Numbered from the stretch's first letter, positions 1-10,465 are shown. The stretch is 62,931 nucleotides of DNA from Candidatus Moanibacter sp. (GCA_965215885.1 CBDCEW010000012.1:1-62931); one strand, 5' to 3'. Numbers and translations are program-made. The notes: generated by a model from the letters alone, not told the origin.

Positions 1-1
1 G

Positions 2-2350
2 CCGGCCAACGTCGCCTTTCTCGCCCAGGCGGCACCCGATACAGGAGTAGATGAGGGAGGAACTGTGCATGGGCATGTCGGGTTCCTCGCGGGCGGCGAG
101 ATTTTGACAGCCTTTCCCGGGGCTGATTTTTCCGTTTCCGGATATGAAATCGCTCGCATCACGATCGAGGAAGTACCTTCACGTCCCGTGAATGTCGAGG
201 TCGCCATCGAGAATCTAGCTCCCGATGAAGGCACCCACCTGACGCCATTATGGGTCGGATTCCATGATGGGAGTTTCGATCTCTTTAACGCCGGGGAGGC
301 CGTCTCGGCCGCTCTCGAGTCGCTGGCGGAAGACGGCAGTACCGCACTTGTAGGCGCGGATTTTGCAGAGAGTGAGGGAGGATCCCGGGATACCACTATA
401 ACGGGCCCGGGCTCTCCTCCCGTCTTTTTCCCGGGTAACTCGAATTCGACTGTCTTCACCCTGGACGCGGGTTCGCCGCTGAGCCGATACTTCAGCTTCG
501 CTTCCATGATAATTCCGAGCAACGATGCCTTTGTCGCCAATGATGATCCCCTCGTCTTTGAGATATTCGACGAGGAGGGAAACTTCATCGAAACGGAAAT
601 TCTCATAATGGGCAGTCAGGTTTGGGATGCCGGCAGCGAGGTCAATGACGAGGTGCCGGCAAACGTGGCATTTCTCGAACAGGCGGCGCCAAACACCGGT
701 GAGATTGAAGATGGAAACGTCCAGTTCCATGAGGGGTTCAGCGAGGGAGGGGCGATTCTAGGTGCTTTTCCGAATGCCGACTTTACGATGGAAGATTACG
801 AGATTGTCCGAATAACGATAACTGAAAAACCTGCCACTTCCGTCGAAGTTCTTGTGACAATTAGTAATCTGGCACCGGCGGAAGGGACTCATCTTACGCC
901 GTTCTGGGTGGGATTTCATGATGGCAGCTTCAATCTCTTCGATGAGGGTGCCGCAGCCTCTCCCGGTCTGGAATCAACAGCTGAGGACGGCGCCACCGCT
1001 TTGCTTTCGGCCGAATTTTCCAACGCTGCGTTGGGCTTTGAAGACGCCACCATCACTGGTCCGGGTCCGCCCCCTGTGTTCTTTCCGGGTAACACCAGTG
1101 CGTTCAAGTTCAGCCTGGACAGCAGTTCACCGCTTAATCGCTATTTCAGTTTCGCGTCCATGATTATTCCGAGTAACGATGCGTTCATAGGTAACGGGGA
1201 TCCCATGGCCTATGAGGTTTTTGACGAATCAGGGAATTTCGTCATGACGGAGATCATAATCCTTGGAACACAGGTTTGGGATGCCGGTACCGAAGTGAAC
1301 GACGAGGTACCGGCCAACGTGGCGTTTCTCGAACAGGCGGCGCCGAATACGGGCCCAGCCGAGAACGGAACGGTACAATTCCATAGTGGATTCGCGTCGG
1401 GTGGCGCGATATTAACGGCTTTTCCGAATGCCGACTTTACAGCCGGTGGATATCAGGTGGCCCGCATCTCTCTTTCGTCGAGTCTGCTTCTGGACGGTTC
1501 CGCCCTGTTTGTAAACGACGGCACTTCGTTTCAAGGTAATATTTATGACGGATTCGAATTAAACGGGTCGGAAGCGACATTCTCATCCTTTCCCGGCGAG
1601 ATTACTCGAGTCGCTTTCCTCGATCCGGACGGTGATCTCGTGTTCGTGGAATTCGGAAGTGACGATCCGAATACGACCCTAACGATCAGTCTAGAGGACT
1701 TCGCCGCCAGTGTGCCATCTCCTTATAACCAGCCCGGGAAGACCTATGTTCAGGGTCTGGCTACGATATCGATCGCAAATTCCACATTGGGAACGTATTT
1801 ATCGGTATTCACCTTAGGCAATGATCCCGATCGCGTCGACACGGCCATAATCAGCGGCAGCACTTTTTCGGGGAATGTTGATGGAATTGCCGACATTAAA
1901 TCGATCTCGGTCGAATCGCCCGATGGGCAGGTAACGATGATCGGTGGCATAAACGCGGCCAATGCAAATTTTGTGGGATTGGCGGGGGTGTTGCAATTTA
2001 TAGGGGTAGATGCACCCGACGTCATCGTTGCGAATTTCCTCCTCATTGGCGATCTCTCTCCTGTCGGGCGGGCCGCCCCGAGAATCATAATAGATCCATC
2101 ATCGACCATTCAGGAGATTTCCGTTGCCGGAGGAGATTTGCGTAAAGCGGTAGGGTCACTTCGGGTCGACACGGATGATGTCGTCTATCCTTTCAGTTTT
2201 ACCGCTTCATCCGGTCAGCGATCAATCAGCGACTCATCGCTTCGACCGGACCTCGGTGACGGTAGGCTCGATGCCGCCACGGACACATTCGCGAGTGATG
2301 TGGATAGCTATTTCCTCACCGGTGGTCAATCGAGCGGCATAGGGCAATAA
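2..2350 (+). CDS. Multi-repeat spondin-domain surface/secreted protein (5' end outside window)
   Basis: Frame is open from base 2 (PANVAFLAQAAPDTG...). Tandem ~215-aa units with NLAPxxGTHLTPxWVGFHDGSF...SMIIPSNDAF...WDAGxEVNDE (spondin_N-like). C-terminal DPDGDLVFVEF...YNQPG domain resembles Opitutae secreted-protein tails. Confidence 0.8.
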   Translation, partial: PANVAFLAQAAPDTGVDEGGTVHGHVGFLAGGEILTAFPGADFSVSGYEIARITIEEVPSRPVNVEVAIENLAPDEGTHLTPLWVGFHDGSFDLFNAGEAVSAALESLAEDGSTALVGADFAESEGGSRDTTITGPGSPPVFFPGNSNSTVFTLDAGSPLSRYFSFASMIIPSNDAFVANDDPLVFEIFDEEGNFIETEILIMGSQVWDAGSEVNDEVPANVAFLEQAAPNTGEIEDGNVQFHEGFSEGGAILGAFPNADFTMEDYEIVRITITEKPATSVEVLVTISNLAPAEGTHLTPFWVGFHDGSFNLFDEGAAASPGLESTAEDGATALLSAEFSNAALGFEDATITGPGPPPVFFPGNTSAFKFSLDSSSPLNRYFSFASMIIPSNDAFIGNGDPMAYEVFDESGNFVMTEIIILGTQVWDAGTEVNDEVPANVAFLEQAAPNTGPAENGTVQFHSGFASGGAILTAFPNADFTAGGYQVARISLSSSLLLDGSALFVNDGTSFQGNIYDGFELNGSEATFSSFPGEITRVAFLDPDGDLVFVEFGSDDPNTTLTISLEDFAASVPSPYNQPGKTYVQGLATISIANSTLGTYLSVFTLGNDPDRVDTAIISGSTFSGNVDGIADIKSISVESPDGQVTMIGGINAANANFVGLAGVLQFIGVDAPDVIVANFLLIGDLSPVGRAAPRIIIDPSSTIQEISVAGGDLRKAVGSLRVDTDDVVYPFSFTASSGQRSISDSSLRPDLGDGRLDAATDTFASDVDSYFLTGGQSSGIGQ

Positions 2351-2838
2351 AGAGCGGCCCACCAGCCGAAGTCGATGGAAGGATTGAAGTTTCAGGTGAG
2401 TGCGGCCCCGGGCGCGCAGCCGGATACTCTGCCGTACGGAGAGTGAAACTTCTCACTGTGGGTTCGGATTTTGACCACGGATTACCCCGATAGCGCGGAT
2501 AAGAGAAGAAAAGAAATGCCCACGGATGGCTCCGCAGTACCACGGATGCTAATTGGAATATAAGTGCTCGGGTAATGAAATATGCACTCCAAGCTCATAA
2601 TTTCCATTCGATCCATTGAGGAGGAAATTAGGGACAGGTAGTTTATCCATCCCCAAGGATGGGACTTGCCCGCCAGAAACGCGAAATAGCTCGAAAGGGG
2701 GACGTACGGCAACGGATAGAGGGAGAGCAACCGATGGGGAGGGAGAGAGTTTCAGGTTGTCACGGCCCCCTGCCCGATCTCGCTTGCCGGATCAAACCCT
2801 GCCGTACGGAAGAGTGAAACTTCGCGCATCCTGGAAGA

Positions 2839-2903
2839 CGAAAAGCTTCCGCTTTCCGCTACGATCCACATCGAAGGGTGTAGCGGAAAGCGGAAGCTTT
2901 TCG
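2839..2903. repeat. GTAG-type REP doublet (24-bp inverted arms), copy 1
   Basis: cgaaaagcttccgctttccgctac ... gtagcggaaagcggaagcttttcg; identical arms at 46185-46249. Confidence 0.85.
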
Positions 2904-3012
2904 ATCTTCGAGAACTATATCTGATCCACCAAACAGGGAATTTTCGCCCTTGAAAGGCCTGAAAATCACACCCGGAAACCCGGATGTAAATTGAAGTGTC
3001 AAATGAGGCCCT

Positions 3013-3357
3013 TCATAGGTCAGTATACTTGCGACTGGAACCCTTCGCTTTATCGACGGGATACTTCGCGGCGTTTTTCTGTAGCTTCGATTGCATCGCT
3101 CCAAACAGTTCGATGCCGAGATTGTCCGCCAACTCGAAGAGGTAAATAGCGATGTCGGCAATTTCGTCGGCAATGGCATCTCTCTTCGAATCGAGTTCTC
3201 TTTCCGTTTGCTCGTCTGTTTTCCAGAGGAACAGCTCGAGAAGCTCGGAGGATTCGATCGAGATGGCAGCCGCCAGATCCTTGGGATTATGGAATTGCAT
3301 CCAGTCGCGTTCGTCACGAAAACTCCGAATTTCCTGCAGAATTTCGGTTATATCCAT
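3013..3357 (-). CDS. MazG-like nucleotide pyrophosphohydrolase (dCTPase-like)
   Basis: FRDERDWMQFHNPKDLA..SIESSELLELF and DEIADIAIYL..KNAAKYP motifs. Confidence 0.9.
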   Translation of the reverse strand: MDITEILQEIRSFRDERDWMQFHNPKDLAAAISIESSELLELFLWKTDEQTERELDSKRDAIADEIADIAIYLFELADNLGIELFGAMQSKLQKNAAKYPVDKAKGSSRKYTDL

Positions 3358-3765
3358 TCCGAATAAGTGATGTATTTCAGAACGGTTGGCAAATGCGGAT
3401 CGAAGAAAGGAAATTGACGAAAATTCGAATTTGGAGATAATCGTTGGATTCTGTCAGACTTAGTGCTCGAACTCATAAATACGGTCACGTATGTGGGAGC
3501 GCCATTGGGGGTAGTGCAAGGCACGCCGGCGACGGACAGCCCTGAAGGGCTATTCTCGCCGGCGCAACGCTGCAATACCCTCGATGCCGCCCCATCGCTA
3601 TGGAACCGGGCGCTTTTGGCGCTGGGCAGCGTTGGTCGAGTCGCCCAAGGCCGACAGGCCTGGCACGACTCGACCGCCTCCCCCAGCATCCAAAATCGCC
3701 TCGGCATACGTAACCGAATTTATGAGTTCGAGCACTTAGGATCCGACTGAAATTTTGAAAGCACT

Positions 3766-4233
3766 ATGAGGATTCATCCGGGTTCCAGATTCGGTTTTAC
3801 TTTGGTGGAGATCATGATCGTGGTCGTGATCATTGGTTTGTTGGCCACGATGGCGCTTCCGGCCATCAACCGTGTTCGAAGGCAGTCACAAGCCACGACG
3901 ATTGCAAACGATATGCGAACTTTCCGAGACGCCATTGAGACTTACGTTTTGGAGAACGGCACATTCCCCGAGTTCACGGCAGCCGGATTTCCTCCCATAT
4001 ATACCGATTGGATCAGCGAGGAAAAATGGAATGAAGGTTCCGCTCTCAAGAGCGGTGTGTGGCAGTATTACTATACGGGAGCTCCGGCCATTCCTGAACT
4101 GGTCCTTGATACGCCCGGCGAGGACAACAGCGACATTTTTGAGATTGTTGACGACATTCTCGATGATGGAGACGCTGGAACGGGACGCGTCGTCCGTGGT
4201 GCAGTCTGGGTCGGTTGGGTATTCGAGCAGTAG
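3766..4233 (+). CDS. Prepilin-type N-terminal cleavage/methylation protein (pilin/pseudopilin)
   Basis: GFTLVEIMIVVVIIGLLA motif. Confidence 0.9.
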   Translation: MRIHPGSRFGFTLVEIMIVVVIIGLLATMALPAINRVRRQSQATTIANDMRTFRDAIETYVLENGTFPEFTAAGFPPIYTDWISEEKWNEGSALKSGVWQYYYTGAPAIPELVLDTPGEDNSDIFEIVDDILDDGDAGTGRVVRGAVWVGWVFEQ

Positions 4234-4243
4234 GGCGGTTTCG

Positions 4244-4801
4244 ATGAGGATTGGATTCTTGAGTTTCGTTGCCGCGGTTGCCTTGACGTCCGGATGTTGC
4301 GAATTGGGGGCGGAAGAGGATCCACCTTCGAAAGAGATCGGGCTTCGAGTGGGTGAGCAGGCACCCGATTTTACCCTGAAGGACCAAAGCGGGCGAACGA
4401 GGAAGTTTGCGGATTTTCGGGGAAAGGGGATCGTGGCACTACTTTTCTACCGTTCGGCGGATTGGTGAGGTTTTTGCAAGCGGCAGTTAGTTGAACTGCA
4501 GTCCAACCTTGAGACGCTTCAAATTGAAGGAATCGAAATTGTCGGGATCAGTTACGATTCCGTGGAAACTCTTCGGGAATTTGCGGTGACAAGGGAGATT
4601 GCATATCCGCTCTTGTCCGACCCCGGTAGTCAAACCATCAAAGCCTATGGTGTCCTCAAGGAAGGGGGAAACGGCATCCCTCATCCAGCCATCTTTATTA
4701 TTGATCAAGCCGGTGTGATACGCGGCAAACTGCGTTATGAGGGGTATCGAAAGAGGCACAACAGTGCGGATATCATGGCAGCAGTAAGTAAAATCCGTTA
4801 G
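4244..4801 (+). CDS. AhpC/TSA peroxiredoxin-like selenoprotein; TGA 4466-4468 read as Sec (UGFC motif)
   Basis: In-frame continuity: VGEQAPDFTLKDQSG..LLFYRSADW-(TGA)-GFCKRQLVELQ..VGISYDS..YPLLSD..PAIFIID. Signal-peptide-like N-terminus. Confidence 0.85.
4483..4499 (+). promoter_or_regulatory. Candidate bacterial SECIS hairpin
   Basis: gcagtt-agttg-aactgc; loop starts 20 nt after UGA and has G at its second position. Confidence 0.6.
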
Positions 4802-4950
4802 CCCGCTTTTCTCACCCGAATTCCGGAGTGCCGGCTCTGCTGCATCGCGCTCTCTCCTGCTGAGCCGCATCAGGGGGCAGGGAACGGGCTTGAGCGATAG
4901 GGCCGACTGCCTGCACCTACCGAAGTTAACGCCTGAGGACTCTTTCTTAA

Positions 4951-5090
4951 GATTTCTCCCACTGTGGGCTTCGCCCCATCCCACGGTGCTTGCCAGTGAC
5001 CTTTGCTCCCTTGATCGAATAGAGACTCAGTTGAGCTTTCGACCTTCATCGTTCGATCACCGCAAGGAACAGTGGTATGGCTACTGCATC
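4951..5090. repeat. ~140-bp dispersed repeat, copy 1 (copy 2 at 34022-34161)
   Basis: Colinear similarity from atttctcccac(t/c)gtgggcttcgccccatcccac to gatcaccgcaagga..cagtggtatggct.ctgcatc. Confidence 0.85.
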
Positions 5091-5263
5091 AGCGGGCTGG
5101 ATTCCGGGCACGTGCCTTGTTCCCGTCTCATTCCAATCCCATTCTCGGGCGCCACCGGGGAAGAGTTTGGCGTCCTTGAAAGGAGGATGACCCTCGACTT
5201 CAAGGCGACCCCATGAAGGGTCGATGATACGGGGGGAGGATGGAAGTGAAGGATGTTTTCCAT
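5087..5263 (-). pseudogene. Mth938/AAMDC-like protein, 3'-truncated
   Basis: SPRIIDPSWGRLEV..FKDAKLFPGGAREWDWNETGTRHVPGIQPAD; homology stops at the repeat boundary. Confidence 0.75.
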
Positions 5264-5310
5264 TCTTTGGCTGTTGATAGAAGAGTGGCGACACGCTGTT
5301 GCTCAGATTG

Positions 5311-8300
5311 TCAAAATAGCGTGAGTTGACGCGCGGGCGGAGGCGTTTTTCGGAAGGGTTTTTCGGTGTGACGCTCGATAAGGGCCTCTTTGATGGCTTT
5401 GAGAAATGGTGATGGCTTACGCTGCTGAGTGGATCCGCGCCATCGTCGTTTGCCAGCGTAGGATAGAAAAAGGCGGTTTCGCGCACGCGTCATACCGACA
5501 AAGAAGAGGCGTCGCTCCTCGGCAATTGACTCCGGCCCCGGATCCGGTTCCCAGTTCAGGGGAAGAAGGCCGTCTTCGCAACCGACGATAAATACTACAC
5601 TAAACTCAAGACCTTTGGATGCGTGCAACGTGAGGAGGGAGACGCGGTCGGCCCGAGGGTCCCAGAGGTCGATGTCGGCTCCGGTGGTAAGTTCATTGAG
5701 AAAGGACTCGGTGTCGTTTCCGAAATTCTCTGCTAATGGGCGGAGGGCACCGATAATCGCTTCGAGCGGCAGTGTGTTCAATTTGTCCTGAGACTCCTCT
5801 TGTCTCTCCTTTTCCCTCAGTGCGCGAGCGGCAATTTGCAGCCGTTCGATGAGGGGCCGCTGATTTGGTAACAAGCTTAACTCCAGGATGAATTTCTGGA
5901 CGTAGGGATGATCGATGAGACGGTCGTGGGAATGTTTCTGGAAGGGAATACCTGAATAGGCGAAGGCCTCACGGAGGAGATTGGATTGAGCGTCGGTACG
6001 GTAAAGAACCGCGAAATCGGAGAAGGCGAGAGGCCTACCGACATCTTCACGGACCCGACCGGTATCGAGGGCGTGGAAATCGACTCCGCCGATGAGACGC
6101 TCGATAGCGAGGACGACGTATTGGGCCTCGGTGCGTGCGGTAGAACACCGATGGATTTCAATTTTCATTGGGTCATCCATGAGGGCCTGGAGCTGTCGTT
6201 TCTCGACCAGGGTGGACGGCGCAATCATTTGAGTGGCGGCTTCGACAATGGTGCGGGTGGACCTGTAATTCCGAGTGAGTTGAACCGTGCGCGCTTCCGG
6301 GTAATCCTCCCTGAAGCGCTGAAAAAAGCGGACGTCGGCACCGCGGAACCGGTAGATCGCCTGATCCGGATCACCAATAACGCAAATGTTGCTTTGGGAA
6401 GGCGCGAGGAGCCTAATGAGATTGAATTGACCGGCATCGACGTCCTGGTACTCGTCGATCGAAATGTATGGGAAACGCTTGCGGTAAAGGGCGGAAAGAT
6501 CGGGTTGAGTCTTGAGGAGTTTGACGGAGAGTATGATGAGGTCGTCGAAGTCGACCCAACCTCTCTCGCGCATAGCGCGTTCGTAGGAATTGAATGCAGT
6601 CTGTGTATTTTCGTCGAGGGTTGTTATATTTTCTGCTCTCTTGAACTGCGAGAAGCTATTGAGTAGCCGCACCGCGTCCCGACGGTTGAGGGATAGCGTC
6701 TCCCTGACGATTTCGATCCGCTCATGCTCCGTCGCAATCCTGAGAGGAAGGGGGAGACCCAGACGATCCGGTTGTTCACGTAAGATGAGGAGTCCCAGGG
6801 AGTGGATTGTCATTACAGGGACTCGCTCACTTTGGATTGGGATGAGGCGATCGAGGCGGTTTCTCATCTCTTCGGCGGCGCGTTTTGTAAAGGTGAGGGC
6901 AAGGCAGCCTTCGGGCGGTACGTTTTGGTCAGTAATGAGGTAGGCGATGCGGTGGGTAAGGGTGCGGGTTTTTCCTGTTCCTGGTCCAGCGAGCACGAGG
7001 AGAGGGCCCTTTGTGATTTCCGCGGCGCCTTTTTGATCCGGATCAAGACCGTCAAGGATGCGATCCGATGTCGGGGCGAGGTCGACGGCGAATGGGAAAA
7101 GCAGTTCATTTTGCGGGGAGAGAATAGCCTCCTCCCGACTGGACTGGTAGGGACTCGGCGATTCCGCGACTTTTAATTCGGTGCCAGATTTCTCCTCATT
7201 GAGCGGTTCTGTCGACAATGTCCCACCCGGGACCGAATCCGCGGAATCCGGCAACTCAAAAAGGAGGCCGACAGTAGTGCCCCGATGAAGTTCGTCCTTT
7301 GTGAAGAGGCGAATCGTTCCATATTCTCCGTCGTAACCTGCTTCGGAGATAACCTGGCCCTCTCGCATTCTGGAAAGAGCCTCTGCCAGAAGAGGCGCAC
7401 CGTGTCGCTCTAACTCGTCGGTGGACGCCTGATTGAGAATGTGAAGCTCGGCACCAAATCTACCGAGAAGCGATTCGTACCTGGACTGGACGGTTTTGCT
7501 CTTTGGCCCAACGCCTTCAATTTCCGATATGATCTCAGATAGGGGGATGAGATTGTGGTAAGGCGAAGAATGTGGCGGAGGGGACTCCTTGTGATCTCGA
7601 TCGGCCAACTCCATGACGCGATGCATCACGCCGATGGTAAGCGGTTTGTGACAGACGGGACAGCGACCGTCGTGCCGTCGGGTTTCCTCGGGCGTGAGCC
7701 GCAGATGACAACCGCGATGACCGTCCATATGGTATTTACCTTCTTCGGGAAAGAATTCGACGGTGCCGCCGAATCCCTGGCGCGTTTCGAGGGCCTGCTT
7801 AATTGCGTGGTAACTCAGATCCGTTTCGAAGAGACACGCCTCGCGTCCGAGTTTTGAGGGTGAGTGGGCGTCGGAATTGGAAACGAGGGTAAAACCATCG
7901 AGGGCGGAGAGCATCCAGTTCATAGGGGGATCGGAGGAGAGTCCGGTCTCGAGGGCAAATATGTGTGGCGACAGATCACCATAACATTCCCGAATGGCGT
8001 CGAAACCCGATTTCGAACCAAAAACGGAAAACCAGGGCGTCCAGATGTGCGCCGGAATGAGGTAACAGCCTTTGCCGGCCTCAAGGGTGATCTCGAGAAG
8101 ATGGCGGGAGTCCAGGCCGAGAATGGGGCGCCCGTCCGAAGCGATATTTCCGATGCGAGCGAGACTCTCAGTAAGTCGATCCGCACTCTCGAGGTCGGGG
8201 GCGTAGATAAGGTGGTGAACTTTGCGGACTTTGTCATCCTTCTTATAGATAGTGGAGATCTCAACTTCCAGGAGGAAGCGGGCAGGTTCTTCTCCGGGAG

Positions 8301-8544
8301 CGCCCCAGCGGCTTTCCAACTCTCGCTCGAGATCCTCCCGCAGTCGAAAGAGGCCGGGCTCAGCAGGGACGAGCTTTTCTTTGATCTCGGCCATCCAGCC
8401 CGGATGTGTGAAGTCGCCGGTTCCAATGACGGTCAGCCCTTTTTTGCGGGCCCAGAAGGCGAGATGCTCGAGATCGAGGTCGCGGCTTGTAGCGCGTGAG
8501 AACCTGGAGTGTAAATGAAGATCGGCGTAGAATCGTTGGGCCAT
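5311..8544 (-). CDS. Endonuclease Q (PHP)-UvrD/PcrA helicase fusion
   Basis: N-term ADLHLHSRFS, GTGDFTHP, SNSDAHS, GKYH and CPVC Zn motif; C-term AGPGTGKT, DEYQD, GDPDQAIY, TLHASKGLEF, EERRLFFVGMTRA. Confidence 0.92.
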   Translation of the reverse strand: MAQRFYADLHLHSRFSRATSRDLDLEHLAFWARKKGLTVIGTGDFTHPGWMAEIKEKLVPAEPGLFRLREDLERELESRWGAPGEEPARFLLEVEISTIYKKDDKVRKVHHLIYAPDLESADRLTESLARIGNIASDGRPILGLDSRHLLEITLEAGKGCYLIPAHIWTPWFSVFGSKSGFDAIRECYGDLSPHIFALETGLSSDPPMNWMLSALDGFTLVSNSDAHSPSKLGREACLFETDLSYHAIKQALETRQGFGGTVEFFPEEGKYHMDGHRGCHLRLTPEETRRHDGRCPVCHKPLTIGVMHRVMELADRDHKESPPPHSSPYHNLIPLSEIISEIEGVGPKSKTVQSRYESLLGRFGAELHILNQASTDELERHGAPLLAEALSRMREGQVISEAGYDGEYGTIRLFTKDELHRGTTVGLLFELPDSADSVPGGTLSTEPLNEEKSGTELKVAESPSPYQSSREEAILSPQNELLFPFAVDLAPTSDRILDGLDPDQKGAAEITKGPLLVLAGPGTGKTRTLTHRIAYLITDQNVPPEGCLALTFTKRAAEEMRNRLDRLIPIQSERVPVMTIHSLGLLILREQPDRLGLPLPLRIATEHERIEIVRETLSLNRRDAVRLLNSFSQFKRAENITTLDENTQTAFNSYERAMRERGWVDFDDLIILSVKLLKTQPDLSALYRKRFPYISIDEYQDVDAGQFNLIRLLAPSQSNICVIGDPDQAIYRFRGADVRFFQRFREDYPEARTVQLTRNYRSTRTIVEAATQMIAPSTLVEKRQLQALMDDPMKIEIHRCSTARTEAQYVVLAIERLIGGVDFHALDTGRVREDVGRPLAFSDFAVLYRTDAQSNLLREAFAYSGIPFQKHSHDRLIDHPYVQKFILELSLLPNQRPLIERLQIAARALREKERQEESQDKLNTLPLEAIIGALRPLAENFGNDTESFLNELTTGADIDLWDPRADRVSLLTLHASKGLEFSVVFIVGCEDGLLPLNWEPDPGPESIAEERRLFFVGMTRARNRLFLSYAGKRRWRGSTQQRKPSPFLKAIKEALIERHTEKPFRKTPPPARQLTLF

Positions 8545-8698
8545 GTAGAAGGTAAGGCGGATACCTAATAGAGGTCATGTGGCTCCGTCTATCAGAAGTT
8601 ATTCAATATTGTTCACAGAAATTCGCGCTGGGACGCGAAAGCCCAAGCATTTCGCGATGCGAATTGAGGGAGAGGGGGAGAAGTAAGGATGAAGGCGG

Positions 8699-8800
8699 AA
8701 CATCGAACATCGAACGTCCAACATCGAAAGTTGAACTGAAGAGTTGGGGAGGAGAAGGATGAATGTCCCAACATCGAACGTCCAACGTCGAATGATGAAC
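8699..8800. repeat. 7-bp-period degenerate repeat tracts (AACATCG/AACGTCC)
   Basis: aacatcg aacatcg aacgtcc aacatcg aaagttg, repeated about 70 bp later. Confidence 0.8.
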
Positions 8801-8861
8801 TGAAGACCGATTCGGGGTTTGTGTCTCGACGGGACGAAGTGAAGGTGCAAGATGAGGTGTT

Positions 8862-9293
8862 ATGCTCAAGGGAATCTCGCCTTTAATCAGCCCGGAACTG
8901 CTTTACACACTCACGCGAATGGGACATGGGGATGAGATCGTCCTCGCTGACGCTCATTTTCCGGGAGAGTTTTGTAATACTCGGGTAATTCGCGCCGATG
9001 GCCTGCTCGTTCCCAGCTTATTGGAGGCTATCCTGCCCCTGTTTGAGCTGGACTCCTACGTGGATTACCCACTGATCATGATGGCCCCCGTGCCCGGAGA
9101 CTCCCTCGATCCGGAAGTGGAGAGCAGGTATCTGGGAGCTGTTCAGATCACCAACCCCGACATCGTGGCGGTCGAGAAGATCGAACGGTTCGCATTTTAC
9201 GAGCGCACGCGGGATGCATTTGCCGTGGTGATGACCGGCGATACCGCAAAGTACGGCAATATCATTCTTAAAAAGGGGGTCACCCCTGACTGA
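8862..9293 (+). CDS. fucU: L-fucose mutarotase (RbsD/FucU family)
   Basis: [46 protein letters not shown]. Confidence 0.92.
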   Translation: MLKGISPLISPELLYTLTRMGHGDEIVLADAHFPGEFCNTRVIRADGLLVPSLLEAILPLFELDSYVDYPLIMMAPVPGDSLDPEVESRYLGAVQITNPDIVAVEKIERFAFYERTRDAFAVVMTGDTAKYGNIILKKGVTPD

Positions 9294-9422
9294 TTACTTC
9301 AATTCGTAAATACGCTGATCAGGCATGAACTCCGGAAAGGAAATTGAAAAGGAGGCTCGACAATAAGAGGACTTTTCATACAATTTAGTAATATAATATG
9401 TATGATTAGAGGAGATCACGCT

Positions 9423-9644
9423 ATGACCAATCGGGCGACATTCACATTGCAAGAAGACACGTATGCTTTCCTTAAAAAGGCCGGAGGAAGAAACAGAAGC
9501 GCATACATAAATCAGCTTTTGAAAGCAGAAAAACGCCGCACCCTCAAACAAGCAATTCTCAAGGCCAATCAGGAAGAAGCTGAGGAATCATATCAGGAGG
9601 AACTCGTGGAATGGGATACCACGGTATCTGACGGGCTTGACTGA
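9423..9644 (+). CDS. Ribbon-helix-helix (MazE/CopG-like) antitoxin
   Basis: NRSAYINQLL, acidic C-terminus WDTTVSDGL; overlaps toxin start; upstream inverted repeat tcataca..tgtatga at 9376-9405. Confidence 0.8.
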   Translation: MTNRATFTLQEDTYAFLKKAGGRNRSAYINQLLKAEKRRTLKQAILKANQEEAEESYQEELVEWDTTVSDGLD

Positions 9645-9991
9645 TGGCAGCCCCGATTTATCGGCAGCTGGAAATCCGTTGGATGGATTTAGATCCCACA
9701 CGAGGATCGGAAACGAAGAAAAAAAGACCGTGTGTGATCTTGCAAGGTGACGTCGTGAACCAAGGTTCGCGTACGATCATTGTTGCCCCCTTGCTTCGTG
9801 GCCATAAGGCGTGGCCATTTGCCGTTAACATTTCACCCAGCAGTAACAACGGCCTTGACCAAGAACGCCATATCAACGTGAAGCAACTCCGCGCTGTCGA
9901 TGTGTCAAGGGTTACTAACCGGCAAGGGATATTGGAAGAACGCTACTTGGCCCCGATTAAGAATGCGCTCGCGATTCTATTTAGTCTTTGA
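9644..9991 (+). CDS. mazF: PemK/MazF family toxin
   Basis: DLDPTRGSETKKKRPCVIL, IIVAPL, QLRAVD. Confidence 0.9.
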   Translation: MAAPIYRQLEIRWMDLDPTRGSETKKKRPCVILQGDVVNQGSRTIIVAPLLRGHKAWPFAVNISPSSNNGLDQERHINVKQLRAVDVSRVTNRQGILEERYLAPIKNALAILFSL

Positions 9992-10100
9992 GCAGACCAC
10001 GCGGCGGCTCCATTGAGACCTGAAACTGCAGGATCACCACATCCGAGGGAACCCGAAATCTGTGGGATCGCCATACCCGCTGCCAATTGCCCTCCCAATA

Positions 10101-10451
10101 TCAATAATCCGCGGTCGCTTCCGGTCCCAGGTCGACGGCAAATGCGAGGGCGTCGTCATACCCAGAATCCGCGAGGAGTTCTGTAACGAGGGGCGCGGCC
10201 TCCGACCAACGTTCGTTGCCGTTCATGCAACCGTGAATGCTACTCGGATACATGCCGGTCAGGAAGCTGGCCCGACTCGGCGTGCAGATCGGGCTTTGAC
10301 AATAGGCTTGGGTAAAGGCAACCCCTTCAGCGACAAGGCGATCGAGATTGGGAGTCCTGATATTCGGATTTCCCAGAGATTGAATAGTATCGTAGCGCTG
10401 CTGATCGGTGCAGATCCAGAGGATGTTTGGGCGTTGTTTCACAATGCTCAT
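10101..10451 (-). pseudogene. Sulfatase N-terminal fragment
   Basis: [26 protein letters not shown]; stops after about 100 aa. Confidence 0.85.
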
Positions 10452-10465
10452 TATTCCCTGTCGAT

